Below, piece by piece: positions 48,913-62,860 of a stretch of DNA of 64,000 nucleotides. The notes beneath the pieces were generated by a model, which had not been told where the DNA came from, did no database searches, and saw only the letters and a program-made list of their open reading frames with translations. Made by a program: the position numbers and the translations under genes. The stretch is from Zootoca vivipara (lineage: Eukaryota), in contig NC_083288.1 in the NCBI RefSeq assembly GCF_963506605.1, positions 32,860,001 to 32,924,000 of the forward strand, in the 5' to 3' direction. Positions within the stretch are counted from its first letter, which is position 1; every line of letters starts with the position of its first letter.

Positions 48913-51900
48913 ATGATGGTTGTTTTGGTGGCCTTGCTGCTGGTGCTGTTTCCTCACATGGCATTGATAGCTCACATTGTTAAATGCGGGGTTTGGTATC
49001 TACACCGTCCACTTCACACGTATCATCAGTCAGGAAATTTCATCATTGGACACATTGCTTCTTATGGTGGCTTCAGTTCCAGCTCAGCAAAATTCACTGA
49101 AGAACCCCCACCAGAATTGCCTGAAGAGTTTGTGTAAGAACTTGATTTATTTCATTTTTGTTGTTGTTAACAAATTGTACATACACAAATAATAAAACAT
49201 GACAAGACTAACAAAAAATGGATCACTAAATGTATTCTTTTATAGTACACAATAATGAGATGATTACAGTAAACCAGTTCCTCAATAAATCAGCTTGGAA
49301 AACACAAAAATTATAGGAGTGGGCTAATGAGTCGTGCCATATTGCAATATATATGTATCAATGACTGCTTAGTGCCTATTTTGAGGAAGTCCTGGTTAGT
49401 AAAGCTTTAAATCTTATTTATGAGTCTGGACAATTTTTATTTGAAAAGGTTTCAGTTTTTATGCATCCAATATTAATATCTGCAATAGATCAGTGAGACC
49501 TTTCCTTGTCCTGCTCACTAAGAGTCACTTTAAACTGGAGCTGCTGGGGTAGAATCTGGAAATATCTGGAAACAAAGGATGTACCCCATACCGGTACATC
49601 CTATTTTCTGAGACATTCACTGAATTACAGAAGCAATCCCGAATTCTGATTTCATCAGGGAATATCCTGTTTCCCCTCCACCGATAATGGGAGAAAGATG
49701 ACCAGGCGCTTGCCTCTTGCACTTGCACTTAGCAGGGGAATCTTCATGAAATGGAACCTTTGTGTGCAGCAAAGACAGTTCCCTTTGCATGCCATGCTCT
49801 TGCTTGCCCCTCTCTGCCGCTGTCCAAGCCATTGCTGCTGTGATGGTGGTGTGATGCACAGGAGGAGGAAAAGAATGAGGAGGGAAGAGAGCAAGCAGCT
49901 TCCAGGTTGGGGCTGGAACAGGAGAGGCAGCCAGCTGATTCACACATCTTTTGGTGCCATTCTCCTGCTTGAGCCATGGTCCATGCATCCCGATTTTCTG
50001 CTGGAAAACATTGGAGGGTATGTGTACCCAATTTAGCGTTCCCCAAAATTCACAACTGATTTTTTTAAGGGTAGTGCTTATTTGTAATTTGGGGAAATGA
50101 ACTACATCTCAGTGCTACCATCAGCCAAAGAATTTTCATGAATCCATTTTCATATTGTTAAATTCATAATTCTGGCAGCCCTTTCTCTGTAAAAGTCATA
50201 TAACCTGAATTTTGACTTTTTGGAAACATCATTCTCCTCATATCAGAGGAGATTTATGATTTCCATTATTCAGATGCAACCTATTTTATTTATGTCACCT
50301 GATATACAAAGCAATAATCCTTCAGTTTACAAATGCCGTCACCACCATCATCACTTTCTTGTGTTCCTAAGGCATGATTTTAAAAAGATTATTTCTTTTT
50401 TATTTTCATTTTGTTCTCCAGCTTATTTTCAGTGAAAGCATCTTCACAAAATGCTTGGTGTGTTTCATGGTTGGTGGTTCTTGTTTCTATTATCTTTCCA
50501 TAAGCCACCTTAAACTAAAGACTGCCTTCGAAATATTTAAATAATAATGAGATACAGATGCAGAAAGTAAAGTAAATCCCATAGTGTTCTTTGGGTTTAC
50601 TTAAAGGTAATTCTGCACAGAATCTCAGTCTTACAATTCTATACCAATGCATAAGGGATTGAGCACCAATGGATTCAAAGAGATTGCTTTGGAATTACCT
50701 TTTGGTTTGTGCAACATGTGTAGAACACTATTCTAATAAAGTACACTATTCTTATTCTAGAGTGGTGCCCAAGAGTTACCAGCTCATCCTGGCCTTGACA
50801 TTTGCAGTAAAGGAGATCAATGAAAACCCTCAGCTATTACCAAATATCACCTTGGGCTTCAACATCTATGACAGCTATGTTGATGCAAGGAAAACATATC
50901 ATGCCACAATGCTACTTTTATTCACATTGGAGAAATTTCTCCCCAACTATATATGTGATACACAGAATAATCTGACAGCTGTCATTGGGGGTCTTGATGC
51001 CCAGATCTCCCTTCATGTGGCAACTATCTTGGATATTTATAAGGTTCCACAGGTAGGACACCTATGCCTGTTTTCTGTGTGGAATATTAAAAATCCATAC
51101 TATTTTCATACTTTCTTTCTTGCAGATTGTATTTTATAGTTTAGAGACAGAAATGTGTACATTGGGAGTAATCAGATCAACCATTATTTTTCTTTGCTTC
51201 TTTTGCAAAGCACACTGAGACTAAGAAAAATGTATTCATTTGCAAATGAGAAAAACCACATGACATTCATAAAGTGTAACTGCAATTCAGTACTACATTT
51301 ACATAGGCAGTGATAGATCTGGAAACAGAAAGCATGTCTTTCATTATTGCAGGCCATGTTCAAATGGACATCTTATTCATTGTTTCCAATGTGTCAAGTT
51401 GTTAATTCTTTGTCTATATTGCTCACATCCAATAATAATGAACGGAGTATCCTGTGAGCCACTTGTTCATGCCAACCACGGACTGACCATTTTTAAGACT
51501 GGGAAGCAGACCCACTTCATAAAGTGGAGGTTAATTTTCATTGAAGTAACACCAAAATAGTTCAAAACATAATTAAGGGCTTGTCTACACTTACCTTTGC
51601 TCCACATTTCTATGCACAGGTCTGGGCTTTCTGGGTCTGTGTCTGAGAGCTCATTTCCCCATGGAAACCTGCTCTTTACTGCTGAATCAAAGAAAATGGG
51701 AATGCATGAAAAAAGTACTTTGCTGTTGGTTCTGATTCAGCTGTAAAGATCAAGTTTTTCTTGAGAAAGTGGGTGGGAGGGGGAGTGCTTGGACACAGAC
51801 CGGAAAAGTGTGGACCTCTGCCTCTAAAGTGTGGGGCAAAAGTTAAATATGGATAAGTTCTACCTGTTTGAGGAGAAAACCAGCAGAGATGTCAATCTGT

Positions 51901-54900
51901 CAGGGACTGTGCAGAGGAGGAATGGTAGAGACCACCTCTCCATCCTGACCCTTCTAGGGAGGATGAAGAGGATGAAGACAGATTTGCAACAGGGGTTTGA
52001 GGGGGGTTGCAGCTCAGAGGCAGATGAGGGGGAAAGCTGGGAAATCATGGGAGAGTCAGAACAACACCCAGCTGGCACGTTGTTATTAGAAAGCATCCCA
52101 GACCCTCCATCTCCCACAATCTGGTGAGCCTTAAAGCAGGAGAGCAAAGAGCTCAAAGACAGAGGGCATGTAGCAGCACCTGTAGAGGTGACGATGAGAA
52201 TGACGAATGAGGAAGTGGGAAAGATGGTGGGTGGAGATTCACTCGGGACAATGCCATTATCCAAGAGGCTGGGTCCTATAGCCTCTCTCTGTAAATATTT
52301 AAATAAAAAAGGACTGTAACACATTTTCCTTGTCTTTATACTTTCCTGGGCACCCAGCCGGGAGCTGCTGACAGCATCCTGACACAATCTGGCAATTAAC
52401 AAAGTGTGTTTGGTTCTTTTTTAAACATGGCAATTATCAGGCAGGGGCTGATGCAGATTGGGATCTTTATATGAAGGAAAATAGAATGGCAAGAGATTTT
52501 CCCATGGATACCTAAACATATGCATGAAGTTACAGTTCAATCATGCCTGAATAAAATCTGAATAAAATCAGAGAGGCATTGATTACATCCCTTTGAACCT
52601 CTTGAGTGTTAAGGTAGACTGTAAAAAGTGTGATGTCATGTTGGTATCCATCTGCTTCGAGAGGCAATGGAGTGCACCACCAGGGGTGAAGTCAAACCAC
52701 TGTGTTAGCAACACCAAAGTGACCTCCCTAGGGTGCAATTCCTTGCAGTGTTTATGGTGGTCCTGGCCTGCCCAGATGACAAGACTTCCCTCTTGGTCTC
52801 ACTGATGTCGTGCCAAGGAAAGCAGAGCAGGTGGTGTACAAGGTCCTATCGCCTTAGGGACTTCAGATTTGTGTAGGGTTTACTCCTGAGCCTGTTTTTA
52901 CATTTAAGACCAGCAATAAAAAATTATTTTAATATATTAGTAGCAAGAGACTATCTTGGGAAGCAGGCAGATGCTTGGATGACTAGGGAGTCAAAGGTGT
53001 GCTAAAGTAGGATAAGGAAATTGTAGAGAAACTGAATTCTTTGCATCTGTCTTCAACAGATATAGGGCAGATCCTCATCAATAATTGAATCATTGATGAG
53101 GGAGGCCTTACTCAGAACTAGCATGGCATTCAGCAACATCAGCCTTAGACTCAAGGGCTGGCTGTTAGGACAACCACAATTCCCTAGGTTGGAGGAGGGG
53201 CTGGCACTAACTGCTTGTGCCCAACCTGTCCCACACCCCACACCACAAATCCCACTGCATAGAACCACTTACGGTTATAATTATCTTTCCTACCCATTTC
53301 TCTTTAGCTCATATATGGCCCCACTCCAGTGATGAATGATAAAACCCCACGAATCCCTTTCTATCAGATGGCACCCCAGGAAGGCCACCAGTTTGCAGGG
53401 ATTCTCTCTTTACTTCTGTATTTCATGTGGACATGGATTGGGATCACTGTGATGGATAATGACAATGGAGAAAGTTTTGTACAAAATGTGCTCCCACTCT
53501 TTTCCCAGAGTGGCATCTGTTTTGCCTTTATAGAAAGAGTCCCCAAACATAGTTTTCTCTCCGATGGTCTTGCCATGATGGAACAGGGGGCAAACATACA
53601 TGATAAAGTGATGAGCAGCAAAGCCAATGTAGTGGTAGTCTATGGAGAAGTTTATTCCTTTGTATTTTTTAGATGGCTTCCATATCTATCAAAATTAGAG
53701 GAAATGTCAAATAATGCAAAAAGTAAGGTATGGATAACAACAGCTAACGTGGAGTTCATTTCATTGGTCTATCAGAGGAATTGGGATGCAGGAATGTTCC
53801 ATGGTGCCATATCCCTCAGAATTCACTCCAATGATATACCAGGATTTCATCAATACATCAAGGACAGAAACCCTTCTAATGCAGATGGAGATGGTTTTAT
53901 CTGGGATTTCTGGCAACAGGCCTTTCTCTGTGTATTCCCAAATCAAGTTCTGGGTGATGTGGAAGGTGATATCTGCACTGGAATGGAGAAGGTAGAGAAC
54001 CTTCATGGATCTCTCTTTGAAATGACAGTGCAAGGTCAAAGCTACAGCATCTACAATGCTGTCTTTGCCTTAGCCCATGCTTTACATGCCATGTCCTTAG
54101 CAAGACTCAAACATTCACGAATGGTGAACATAGGAAGGCAAAAGCTTTGGAAGCAACAGTTTTGGCAGGTAAAGGAGTAAACCACCTCAGGTGGGTATTA
54201 CATTCTTTCCAACTCTTCCTCTGCAAACTCTTTCCTCTTCCTTCTTTTCCAGGCAACTGGAAAGTAGAGATTAGCCCTATTCAGATCAATGTATGAATCA
54301 TTTACACAGGGATAGTCATATCATTCTGTTGCAGCATGTAATGATAATATTGCTGATTTGCAGGTGAAACTCAGAAAATTAGAATATCTTTGAAAAGTGC
54401 ATTTATTTCAGTAATGCAACTTAAAAGGTGAAACCAATATATGAGATAAATGCATGACATGCAAAGCAAGATATGTCAAGCCTTTATTTGTTGTAATTGT
54501 AATTATTTGTCGTTAGGCGTAAATGGAATGTAATTAATGAAATGTAATAGCGATGTTTATTTTTATATTATTGTAACTATTTGTTGTATTACTGTGGAAT
54601 TTCCAAAAGAAAGCATTTGTAAAAATTAAAAGAAAAATAACAAATAATAAAAAATTGCATTACTGAAATAAATGCACTTTTCGACGATATTCTAACTTTC
54701 CGAGTTTCACCTGTATGTAGTAACATTTCATGAAATATTTTGGATGAGTACATATCCCCTCCATTTTATTATTTGAAATTGAAATTATTTGAAATTGTCC
54801 ACAGCATTATTCTACTGTTAGCATTATAATGGGGGTGGCAAATCTTTTTTTCTGTTTGAAGACTTCGTTTCCCTCCTTGCTAAATATCCTAGAATTTCAT

Positions 54901-57614
54901 TCCAGCAGTAGCAAGGGCAAAAATGTCGGTGGGCGTAGTTGTAGCTAGTAGTGGACTGGACTACCTCACAAATGCCCACACAAACACACATGCACTGACC
55001 ATACACATATGCACACGGACATTATTCACACATTTTTCTATACCAATTGATTCTCTTTTTCTGTCACACTCAGAAACACCCACCCACTCATTCATTGTCT
55101 CCCATTCCTCATTAGGCTTTAGTTTGTAAATATTGAATATGGATATAAAATTTACAGCATATTATGGTTTAAGAGAAAATTATATGAAAATGATATATTG
55201 ATGGTATCTAGCACCGAGTAAATTGGCAAAATTGTATAAATCTAAATCAAATAAGTGTTGGAAATGTAAAGAGAAAGAAGGTTCTTGTGGTAAGGTTAAA
55301 GCTTACTGGGAAATGATATATAATGGAATGAAAAAGATGTTTAAAATAACCTTTGTTTTAAAAACCCCAGAAGCTTTCCTTTTGGGAATTATTACCTAAA
55401 ATGTATAAATACAGTGGTACCTCTACTTACGAATAACTCTACTTACGAATGTTTCTACTTACGAACGGAGCTCCGTCCGCCATCTTGGATGCGGTTTAGA
55501 TAGGATTTTTCCTACTTATGAATTTTTAGATAGGGTTGTTTTGACTTACGAATTTTTCTCCCAATGCATTCCTATGGGATTCGACTTACAAATTTTTGCG
55601 ACTTACGAATGTGCGTTCGGAATGCATTGAATTCGTAAGTAGAGGTACCACTGTAGTTATTCATGTGGGTGGCTTGTACTCCTTACAAGGAAGTATATTC
55701 AAAAATGTTTGTTTATGAGTTTTTACTTTTACTTTTTTCATTTTCTTATGTTTTCTTTTCTTTTTCCTTGTACATTTAATATGTATATGTAATATCAATA
55801 TCTAATAAAAAAGAAAATTATTTGTGTATGATACTACAGTGGCAAGAATGTTATTCACGCCAAAATGGAAAGAAGCAGAAGTCCCAGCAAAGGAAGAATT
55901 GAAACAAAAACTTATGGAATACACAGAAATGGTGAAACTTACCAGAAGAATAAGAAATAAAGCTAACAAACTTTTTAATAAAAGAATGGAAATGGCTTAT
56001 TGAATATTTACAGATAAATTGCAAACAGATAAGATAATTGGCAGGATTATTGTAATAACCCACAGTTTTAAAAGAGTATATATTTAAAGTAGATGAATAA
56101 ATGAGCAAAGTAAGTTAATTTGGATATCCAGAGGATATTAAGAATAAATTTAAGGAACCGCAGAAAGGGGGGACGGAAGTCAAGTTTTGAAATGTTAAAA
56201 TGATTGTAAAATTTGTGAAATGTATAAAACCAGTGAAATGTATAATTGAAAAGTTTAAATAAAATTTGAAAAACGGGGGGGGGGTAGTTTGTAAATGCTT
56301 ATGCACTGTTTTCTATATTTTTGCCTTTTGTTTTCAATTTAGCTTCACCACTTTCTGAGAGGTGTGTCATTTAACAACACTGCAGGAGACACAGTTTCCT
56401 TTAACCAGAATGGAGAGATAATATCTGGCTTGGATGTTATCAACTGGATTCTTTTCTCCAACCAATCCTTTCAAAGAGTGAGAATTGGGAGAATAGATCC
56501 CCGGGCTCCCCCAGGCCAAGTGTTCACCCTTGATGAAGATGCTATAACATGGCATGGCTGGTTTAACCAGGTAGATTCCAGGTGACGTTTATCAAGAAAG
56601 TAATCCAGTTTTGAATGAGCATTGAGCATCTGTCCTGATGCCTAGATTTAAGTCCGTTTAATAAATATAAAAGACCTGTGGAAATACTGGTATTTGCCTT
56701 ATGAAACAAAGTGGACCCCAAAATTTCCATCCTAATAGCCGACCCAGAAAGGGTGTGAGAATAAGTGTGGATAGTGGAGGCAACAGAAGACCAGAGGGAA
56801 AAGCCAATAGCAAACAGAAACAGGTAGAAGAGACAACTAAAGCTTTAAGGGGAACAGTAGAAGAGATGCTGAAGATGAACAGAATGGAAGAGGGAGGGAG
56901 AGAAATGGAGTCAAGCTGCTGGGGTAGATGGGGGACACTGGGTCTAGGAATTAATGCATCTCTCTATTAGTGCTTCATGTCACGGATTCATTTTTTGTTC
57001 CATTTTTCAAAAATGGGTGTTTAAACTGTTATTTTCTCTCAAAATACATAACTAATTAAATCCACATTTTTTTCTGCATACTGATAATTGTTTTGCAATT
57101 CTAGGAGTTCCTTTGAAAGGTATGGTTGGCCTCACTATTGGCCTCACTCTCACTTCATGGGCTAGATTTCCAAGCTGTTTCTTCCTTGGTTTAGACTCAG
57201 AGTCTTCCACCGAGGCTGCTGGTTTTCAGTGCCAGAAAGAAATTTACTCTTAGCACTCTTAGCCTTTGGTGGAGACGTTTCTGCCTTTCTCGGTGGATAA
57301 AATGCTGGATTCCAAGTTTATGAATTTTAAGATTCTCATTCTGTTCTCTTTTTCTTTCCTGAGTAGACTCGGCCTCTTTCTGTCTGTACTGAGAGTTGCC
57401 ACCCCGGTTTTAGGAAGAAAGTGAAGGAGGGGGTGCCATCTTGCTGCTATGACTGCATCCCATGTCCAGAGGGGAAGATTTCAAATCAAAAGGGTAAGAG
57501 ATATACAAAGGAGATTGGATCCAGATGCAATAGTTACTGCTAAATAAAAGAAATGAGGCTTGTATTAAGCCATGTCTAGGTTGCTAGAGAAGGTAAACGA
57601 CCTACGGCATATAA

Positions 57615-57687
<73 letters not shown>

Positions 57688-60352
57688 ACTCAGTTGCTAG
57701 AGCAGGCATCCCCAAACTTCGGCCCTCCAGATGTTTTGGACTACAATTCCCATCATCCCTGACCACTGGTCCTGTTAGCTAGGGATCATGGGAGTTGTAG
57801 GCCAAAACATCTGGAGGGCCGCAGTTTGGGGATGCCTATGCTAGAGCATGAGACTTTTAATCTGAGTCATGGGTTCGAGCCTCATGTTAGGCAAAAGATT
57901 CCTGCACTGCTGGGGTTTGGACTAGATGGCCATCTTGGTTCCTTCCAAGTGTACAATTCTATGATTTCTGCTGGCTGCCAACCTACTACAGGACCATGGT
58001 CAGTGCCGGATTTATGTATAAGCTAAACAAGCTATAGCTTAGGGCCCCACTCCCTTGGGGCCCCCCCAAAAAATGTAAAGGAAAAAAACACTGGGTGTAT
58101 ATTTCCAAAATATGAGATAAAATAAAACACATAAAATAAAACCTACATAAAGCAACTGTGTTTTGTGTTGTGTAGGCTCCTATGATTTAAGTAATGGACC
58201 CTGCCTGGTAGCCTGTTCCCTAAAATATCACTGGTTTGGACATATAAAAGGTCCCATTACCTTCAGTAGCTTAGGGCCTCATCAAACCTAAATCTGGCCT
58301 TGACCATGGTCTTGGTACTAACATCTGGTGCCATATGTAGCTCAGGCCAAGGTTACTTGTAAAACCCCTTGTTCCTTACATACCTAACAGGGCACTGAGG
58401 TCTGTGGGAAAACTCCTTGTGGCAGTTCCAAAGATATCAGATGCTTGTACCACACTAGCTCAAAGTAGGGCTTTTTATGGTGGCTGTCCCTCTTACATGG
58501 AATAGCATTATGGTCAAGATTTGACAGGTACTCACTATCTGCATTTTCTGCAAGCAATTGATTTTTATTTTTATTTTGTTCTGTCAGGTTTTTCCAACTG
58601 GATGAATGGGTTTCTATAGGTTTCTGAATGCCATGGGTGTCTATTATGTATTGAATTGTTTCAGGGGTTTTTAAAACTTGTTTGTTTTTGTGGTGTTTTA
58701 AACTGTTTTTCTTGAGACACGTATGTAGAAGGCGGTGAATAAATGAATAACAATAATAACAATAATAATTTCTAACTTTTCCACTTACTTTCAAAGGGAT
58801 CTTAGTATTGATAACCATAACTATAGGGAGATAAATGTGCACAGAAGATCTGTGTTCCACAGGAACAAACATGTCAAACTATGCTTTCCTCATGACTGCT
58901 TTTCTTTACTATTTAAATTTGGATGAAATCTTTTGCAGGGGCTGGAAAGAAGCTTTAGAAGTGGACGTAATCTGTCGTGTTGTGTGTGTGTGTGTCTTTC
59001 TGATCACTGGCCTTTGGGTATTCTGGATACATTTATCCAGTAAGAATAACAAAGGGCTTGTAGTTCTTTTGTAATTGAAGGGGAACTGGTCAACTCTTCT
59101 GCTACCTGCAGCATGCACCCAGACTATACATTCAACATCTGTGAGGGTGAATAGCGTATAACCATACTAGCCACCCCAGTTCCTGCAAAAACCTGGGATG
59201 TGAGCCATATTTAACATGGCTTCCTGTCAGCAGGTTTACTACATCTTTTTTAGGGGAAAAAACTACTTTATGTCTACATTCGTTCTAAACAAGTTAAACC
59301 ACCATGTGCCACAATCTATAGTGCCAACCACTAATATGTACTCTCTGAATTGAAAGGAGACATTTTATTTGAGAGAGGGGAACAATTTCAGCATGTTGTT
59401 GATATTTGTGGCATGTAACTGGGATCAAGACCTCATGTTTCTTTTTCCAGATACAGATGAATGTAATAAATGCTTAGATGAAGACTATCCAAGCAAGAAT
59501 CGGGATGCATGCATTCCCAAGAGTCGGAGCTTCTTGTCTTATGGAGAACCTTTGGGCATCAGTTTAGCCTGTTTTTCTCTTTCCTTTTCTCTGATAACAA
59601 TTCTGCTGCTGGGTACATTTATGAAGCACCATGACACTCCTATTGTCATTGCAAACAACAGGAACCTCACCTACAGTCTCCTCATCTCCCTCCTGCTCTG
59701 CTTCCTTTGTGCATTGCTATTTATAGGCCAACCTCAGAAGGTAACATGTCTCCTCCGACAAACCGCTTTTGGCATCATCTTCTCAGCGGCTGTTTCTTGT
59801 GTATTGGCAAAAACCATCACTGTGGTTCTGGCTTTCATGGCCACCAAACCTGGATCCAGGATGAGGAGATGGGTGGGGAAGGGACTGGCCAACACCATTG
59901 TCCTTTCCTGCTGCTTTGTTCAGGCAGGGATCTGTGCTGTGTGGCTAGCAACCTCTCCCCCATACCCAGATGTTGACATGCACTCAATGGCAGAAGAAAT
60001 TATACTAGAATGTAATGAGGGGTCTGTGACTATGTTTTACTGTGTTGTGAGCTATATGGGTTTTCTGGCAATTATCTGTTTCACCGTTGCTTTCCTCGCC
60101 CGGACATTACCCGACAGTTTCAATGAAGCCAAGTTCATCACTTTCAGCCTGTTGGTCTTTTGCAGCGTTTGGCTGTCCTTTATTCCCTCCTACCTCAGTA
60201 CAAAGGGAAAATACATGGTTGCTGTGGAGATCTTCTCCATCTTAGCCTCTGGTGCTGGACTGCTGGGTTGCATCTTTTTTCCTAAATGTTATATTATTGT
60301 GTTGAGGCCTGAACTGAACAACAGGGAACAACTAATAAGAAGAAAAGTCTGA
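48913..60352 (+). CDS. V2R gene 5; 876 aa; join(48913..49133,50761..51052,53308..54168,56343..56570,57367..57493,59451..60352)
   Basis: GT-AG introns, continuous frame (2631 nt); start could be ATG 48913 or 48916. Confidence 0.92.
51576..51860. mobile_element. Old palindromic MITE, possibly PIF/Harbinger-like
   Basis: AGGGCTTGTCTACACTTACCTTTGCTCCACA versus imperfect inverted copy TGTGGGGCAAAAGTTAAATATGGATAAGTTCT. Confidence 0.4.
51898..52384 (+). mobile_element. Solo LTR (487 bp) with 5-bp TSD CAATC
   Basis: TGTCAGG...CCTGACA termini; CAATC at 51893-51897 and 52385-52389; AATAAA at about 52302. Confidence 0.82.
54361..54713. mobile_element. Non-autonomous Tc1-like element with about 59-bp TIRs
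   Basis: CAGGTGAAACTC(A/G)GAAA(A/G)TTAGAATATC..GAAAAGTGCATTTATTTCAGTAATGCAA at both ends in inverted orientation; TA on the right, TG on the left. Confidence 0.85.
55125..56275 (+). mobile_element. L1 LINE 3' fragment, interrupted by a MITE
   Basis: Plus-strand homolog of the 27-kb L1 (AATAAGTGTTGGAAATGTAAAGAGAAAGAAGG; GCAGGATTATTGTAA). Confidence 0.8.
55412..55653. mobile_element. Tigger-like MITE, TA TSD (same family as 15712, inverted)
   Basis: TIR CAGTGGTACCTCTACTTACGAA; TA on both flanks. Confidence 0.9.
57618..57686. repeat. (AG)n microsatellite
   Basis: Direct reading. Confidence 0.95.
57687..57967 (+). mobile_element. tRNA-Lys-derived SINE with CR1-type 3' tail, interrupted by a hAT MITE
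   Basis: With the MITE removed it reads CTCAGTTGCTAGAGCATGAGACTTTTAATCTGAG-TCATGGGTTCGAGCCTCATGTTAGGC (tRNA-Lys-like), then GGGGTTTGGACTAGATGGCC..TTCCAA..ATTCTATGATT (CR1 tail). Confidence 0.75.
57703..57838. mobile_element. 136-bp hAT MITE, TSD TGCTAGAG
   Basis: TIRs; TSD at 57695-57702 and 57839-57846. Confidence 0.92.
58001..58302. mobile_element. hAT MITE (302 bp), TSD ACCATGGT
   Basis: TIR CAGTGCCGGATTTA / TAAATCTGGCCTTG (11/14); perfect 8-bp TSD at 57993-58000 and 58303-58310. Confidence 0.88.
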
Positions 60353-60440
60353 AGAATTAATAAGTGTCCTTTGCTATAATTTGTAAACAATACAGGAGAT
60401 TTGTTTGTGTGCCACAGAATATTGGTAAAGACCAACTCAA

Positions 60441-61269
60441 CAGCTGCCCGAGCACCAAGGGAAAATACATGCTTGCTGTGGAGATCCTCTCTATCTTAGC
60501 CTCCAAACTCGGGTTGCATCTTTCTCCTCAAATGTTATATACTAGGGTGATGACTTTTTCATTTTTCCCCTCAAAAATTATTTCCTGTAGCACAAATGAA
60601 TGAACTTTTGCCTATTAATGACTAAAATGAGGTATATTCCATTGAAATATTAAAAAAGGTTACGCACAAACCGTTTTTTTTTTATGCCGTTTTACTATTT
60701 CATAAAATTGTATTAACAATTCTATATATATTCCGTATCAAATTTGGACACAACACCACATTCCACAATGGGGAGTGTTCTTAGCAACATAGGCTATACA
60801 ATTGTCACACCTGCGCAAGGTAAAAGCCCTTTTTTGGGACCTCAAAACTCAGCCAGCAGACCCTGCCGGGCATGCTGGGAAAAGAACCTACAGGAGAGGT
60901 AGCAAAACATCGTCCTCTAGCGGCGTCTATACTGTTACTGCATCTTAAAAAAGCTTCCTTGTGTGTTTGATGACCCTATATAATGTTGTATATATGTGAC
61001 TCTAAAGCTTGGGTTCAATTTTATATCTGCTTACAGTGACTTCAAAAATGGTCAAAAAACTGATAAATAAAAATTTTAAAATCATTTTGTGCGTGAGGTT
61101 TTTTTTATCAAATCTCTTTGAAAGTAAGATTTTATCTAATCTTTAATGAAAGCTCATTAAATTTTCATACAGGGAAATGAGGTTGTAAAAAAAGTCATCA
61201 CCGTATTATATTCTTTTGCTGAGGCCTGAGTTGAACAACAAGGAACAGCTAATGAGGAATAAAAAATAA
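60441..61269 (+). pseudogene. Relic 3' end of a V2R exon 6 (TM7 and C-tail), split by a hAT element
   Basis: STKGKYMLAVEILSILAS..GCIF..KCY (about 60451-60542) continues after the insertion as ILLLRPELNNKEQLMRNKK* (to 61269), followed by sequence resembling the gene 5 3' UTR. Confidence 0.88.
60543..61205. mobile_element. 663-bp non-autonomous hAT element, 8-bp TSD TTATAT(A/T)C
   Basis: TIR TAGGGTGATGACTTTTT / AAAAAGTCATCACCGTA (16/17); TSD at 60535-60542 and 61206-61213. Confidence 0.88.
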
Positions 61270-61896
61270 AGGAAAAATAATTCTGTCCTTTGCTATAATC
61301 TCTGTTTTTCTCTGCATGTAGAGCATAATATTTTCACATTTTCAGCAGCTCCCTTATATAAATGTTTCTAGTCTCCAAAAATCCCTAGTTGAAAATTCAT
61401 TTGGAAAAAATGCTTTAGGATTTTTTTTAGGAGTATAATAATAGTAGTACATTATACACGGACATTATTCTCTTGTAGTATATTTTAGTTTGAAGACTCG
61501 GAGCAATTCTTGTCAAAATTTACTTATAAGCAAATCTGTATCTGGTCTTAATTCTCAATGATAAAACTTGCCTCAAAGCTTTCAGCATAATGGAATCTAG
61601 AAGACTGTACAAGGAATGAACTTCATCCTTTTCAAACCATTTGTGAAATATTAGTTGACTATTTTCCTTTCCAGTTCGTTGAGCCAGATTTCACTGTCAG
61701 CTATTCCCTACTACAGAACAACAGAATGAAAGATAAAGCCTGTTGGATCAAGCTAGTGAGCCTTCTGGTGCAGCAGCCTGGACACAAAGCCTGTGGGAAA
61801 TCTGCAAGCAGGAGCTATGTACAAAAGCACTCTTCCCTGCTGCGATTTACAGCAACTGGTATGCAGAAGCATTCCAGCCTCCAACCACAGAGGCTG

Positions 61897-61897
<1 letters not shown>

Positions 61898-61944
<47 letters not shown>
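61898..61944. repeat. (AAT)n microsatellite
   Basis: Direct reading. Confidence 0.95.
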
Positions 61945-61946
<2 letters not shown>

Positions 61947-62579
61947 TTTATTTATAGCATAACTTCCCCAGCCAGGACCAGACTCAGGGCGGCTAACATC
62001 AAAGTATATGATACATTAAAAACATAAATCAAACAATCCTAGCCATGTCCTCTAGGAATTTCTCTAATTCACCTTTAAAACCATCCAAGCTGCTGGCCAT
62101 CATTGCTACCCCCAGCAGCGAGTTCCATTGTTTAATTATATGCTATGAGATAATACAGTTCCCATAGCAATGTTTTTTTAAAAAAGATATTGTCTGAATC
62201 AGGTCCCCTTGAGAAATTCAGAGATCTAGAAAAGGCATTATGAATGAACCATGCTCTGGTCCATCACACTTTCTTATTCATTCTGATAGCCAAGACATTT
62301 TGACAGAATATTGTTATATAGAATATTATGTCTCATGATGCCTTTCCATTAAGGTGACAATAGTTGCTACTGTTTCTGCTGTTCCTTGTTAGTCCCCTGT
62401 TATGCAAAAATCTCCAGGTGACCTTGAAGCGTTAAAAAAAAAACCCATAAACATAAATGCATTATACAGAATTCATGCAAAACATTTTGGTTTGCAAAAC
62501 ACACACATACCAGCCACAGGAAGCTTTGGCAACATAACAACAGCAAGACATAATCTCAGACCATCAAAAACCCGGGGGA

Positions 62580-62860
62580 AAGGGTGAGTCTGGAGGGTGG
62601 CAACATGAGAACGGGCCTTTTCTGCAGTAGCTCTCCATTTGTGGAATACTCCTGGTGCCTTCCTCATGTACCTTTAGGTGCCAGGCAAAATCATTCCTCT
62701 TTTTGCAAGCCTTTAGCTAATTAAACAATCTATGACACTTTGAACTGTGTGTGGCGGGGTATTGTTTTTGTTTGTTATTTTGGTAGGTATTTTTGTGTTT
62801 TTATATTGTAAACTGTCCTGTGATCTTCGGATGAATGGCGTCATAGAAATTTAATAAATT
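62580..62860 (+). mobile_element. L2-type LINE 3' fragment
   Basis: Homologous to about 36620-36860; ends near AATAAA. Confidence 0.6.

Noticed and set aside
57845-57895. tRNA-Lys-like sequence
   Set aside because: Degenerate, interrupted and fused to a CR1 tail; it is a SINE head, not a tRNA gene
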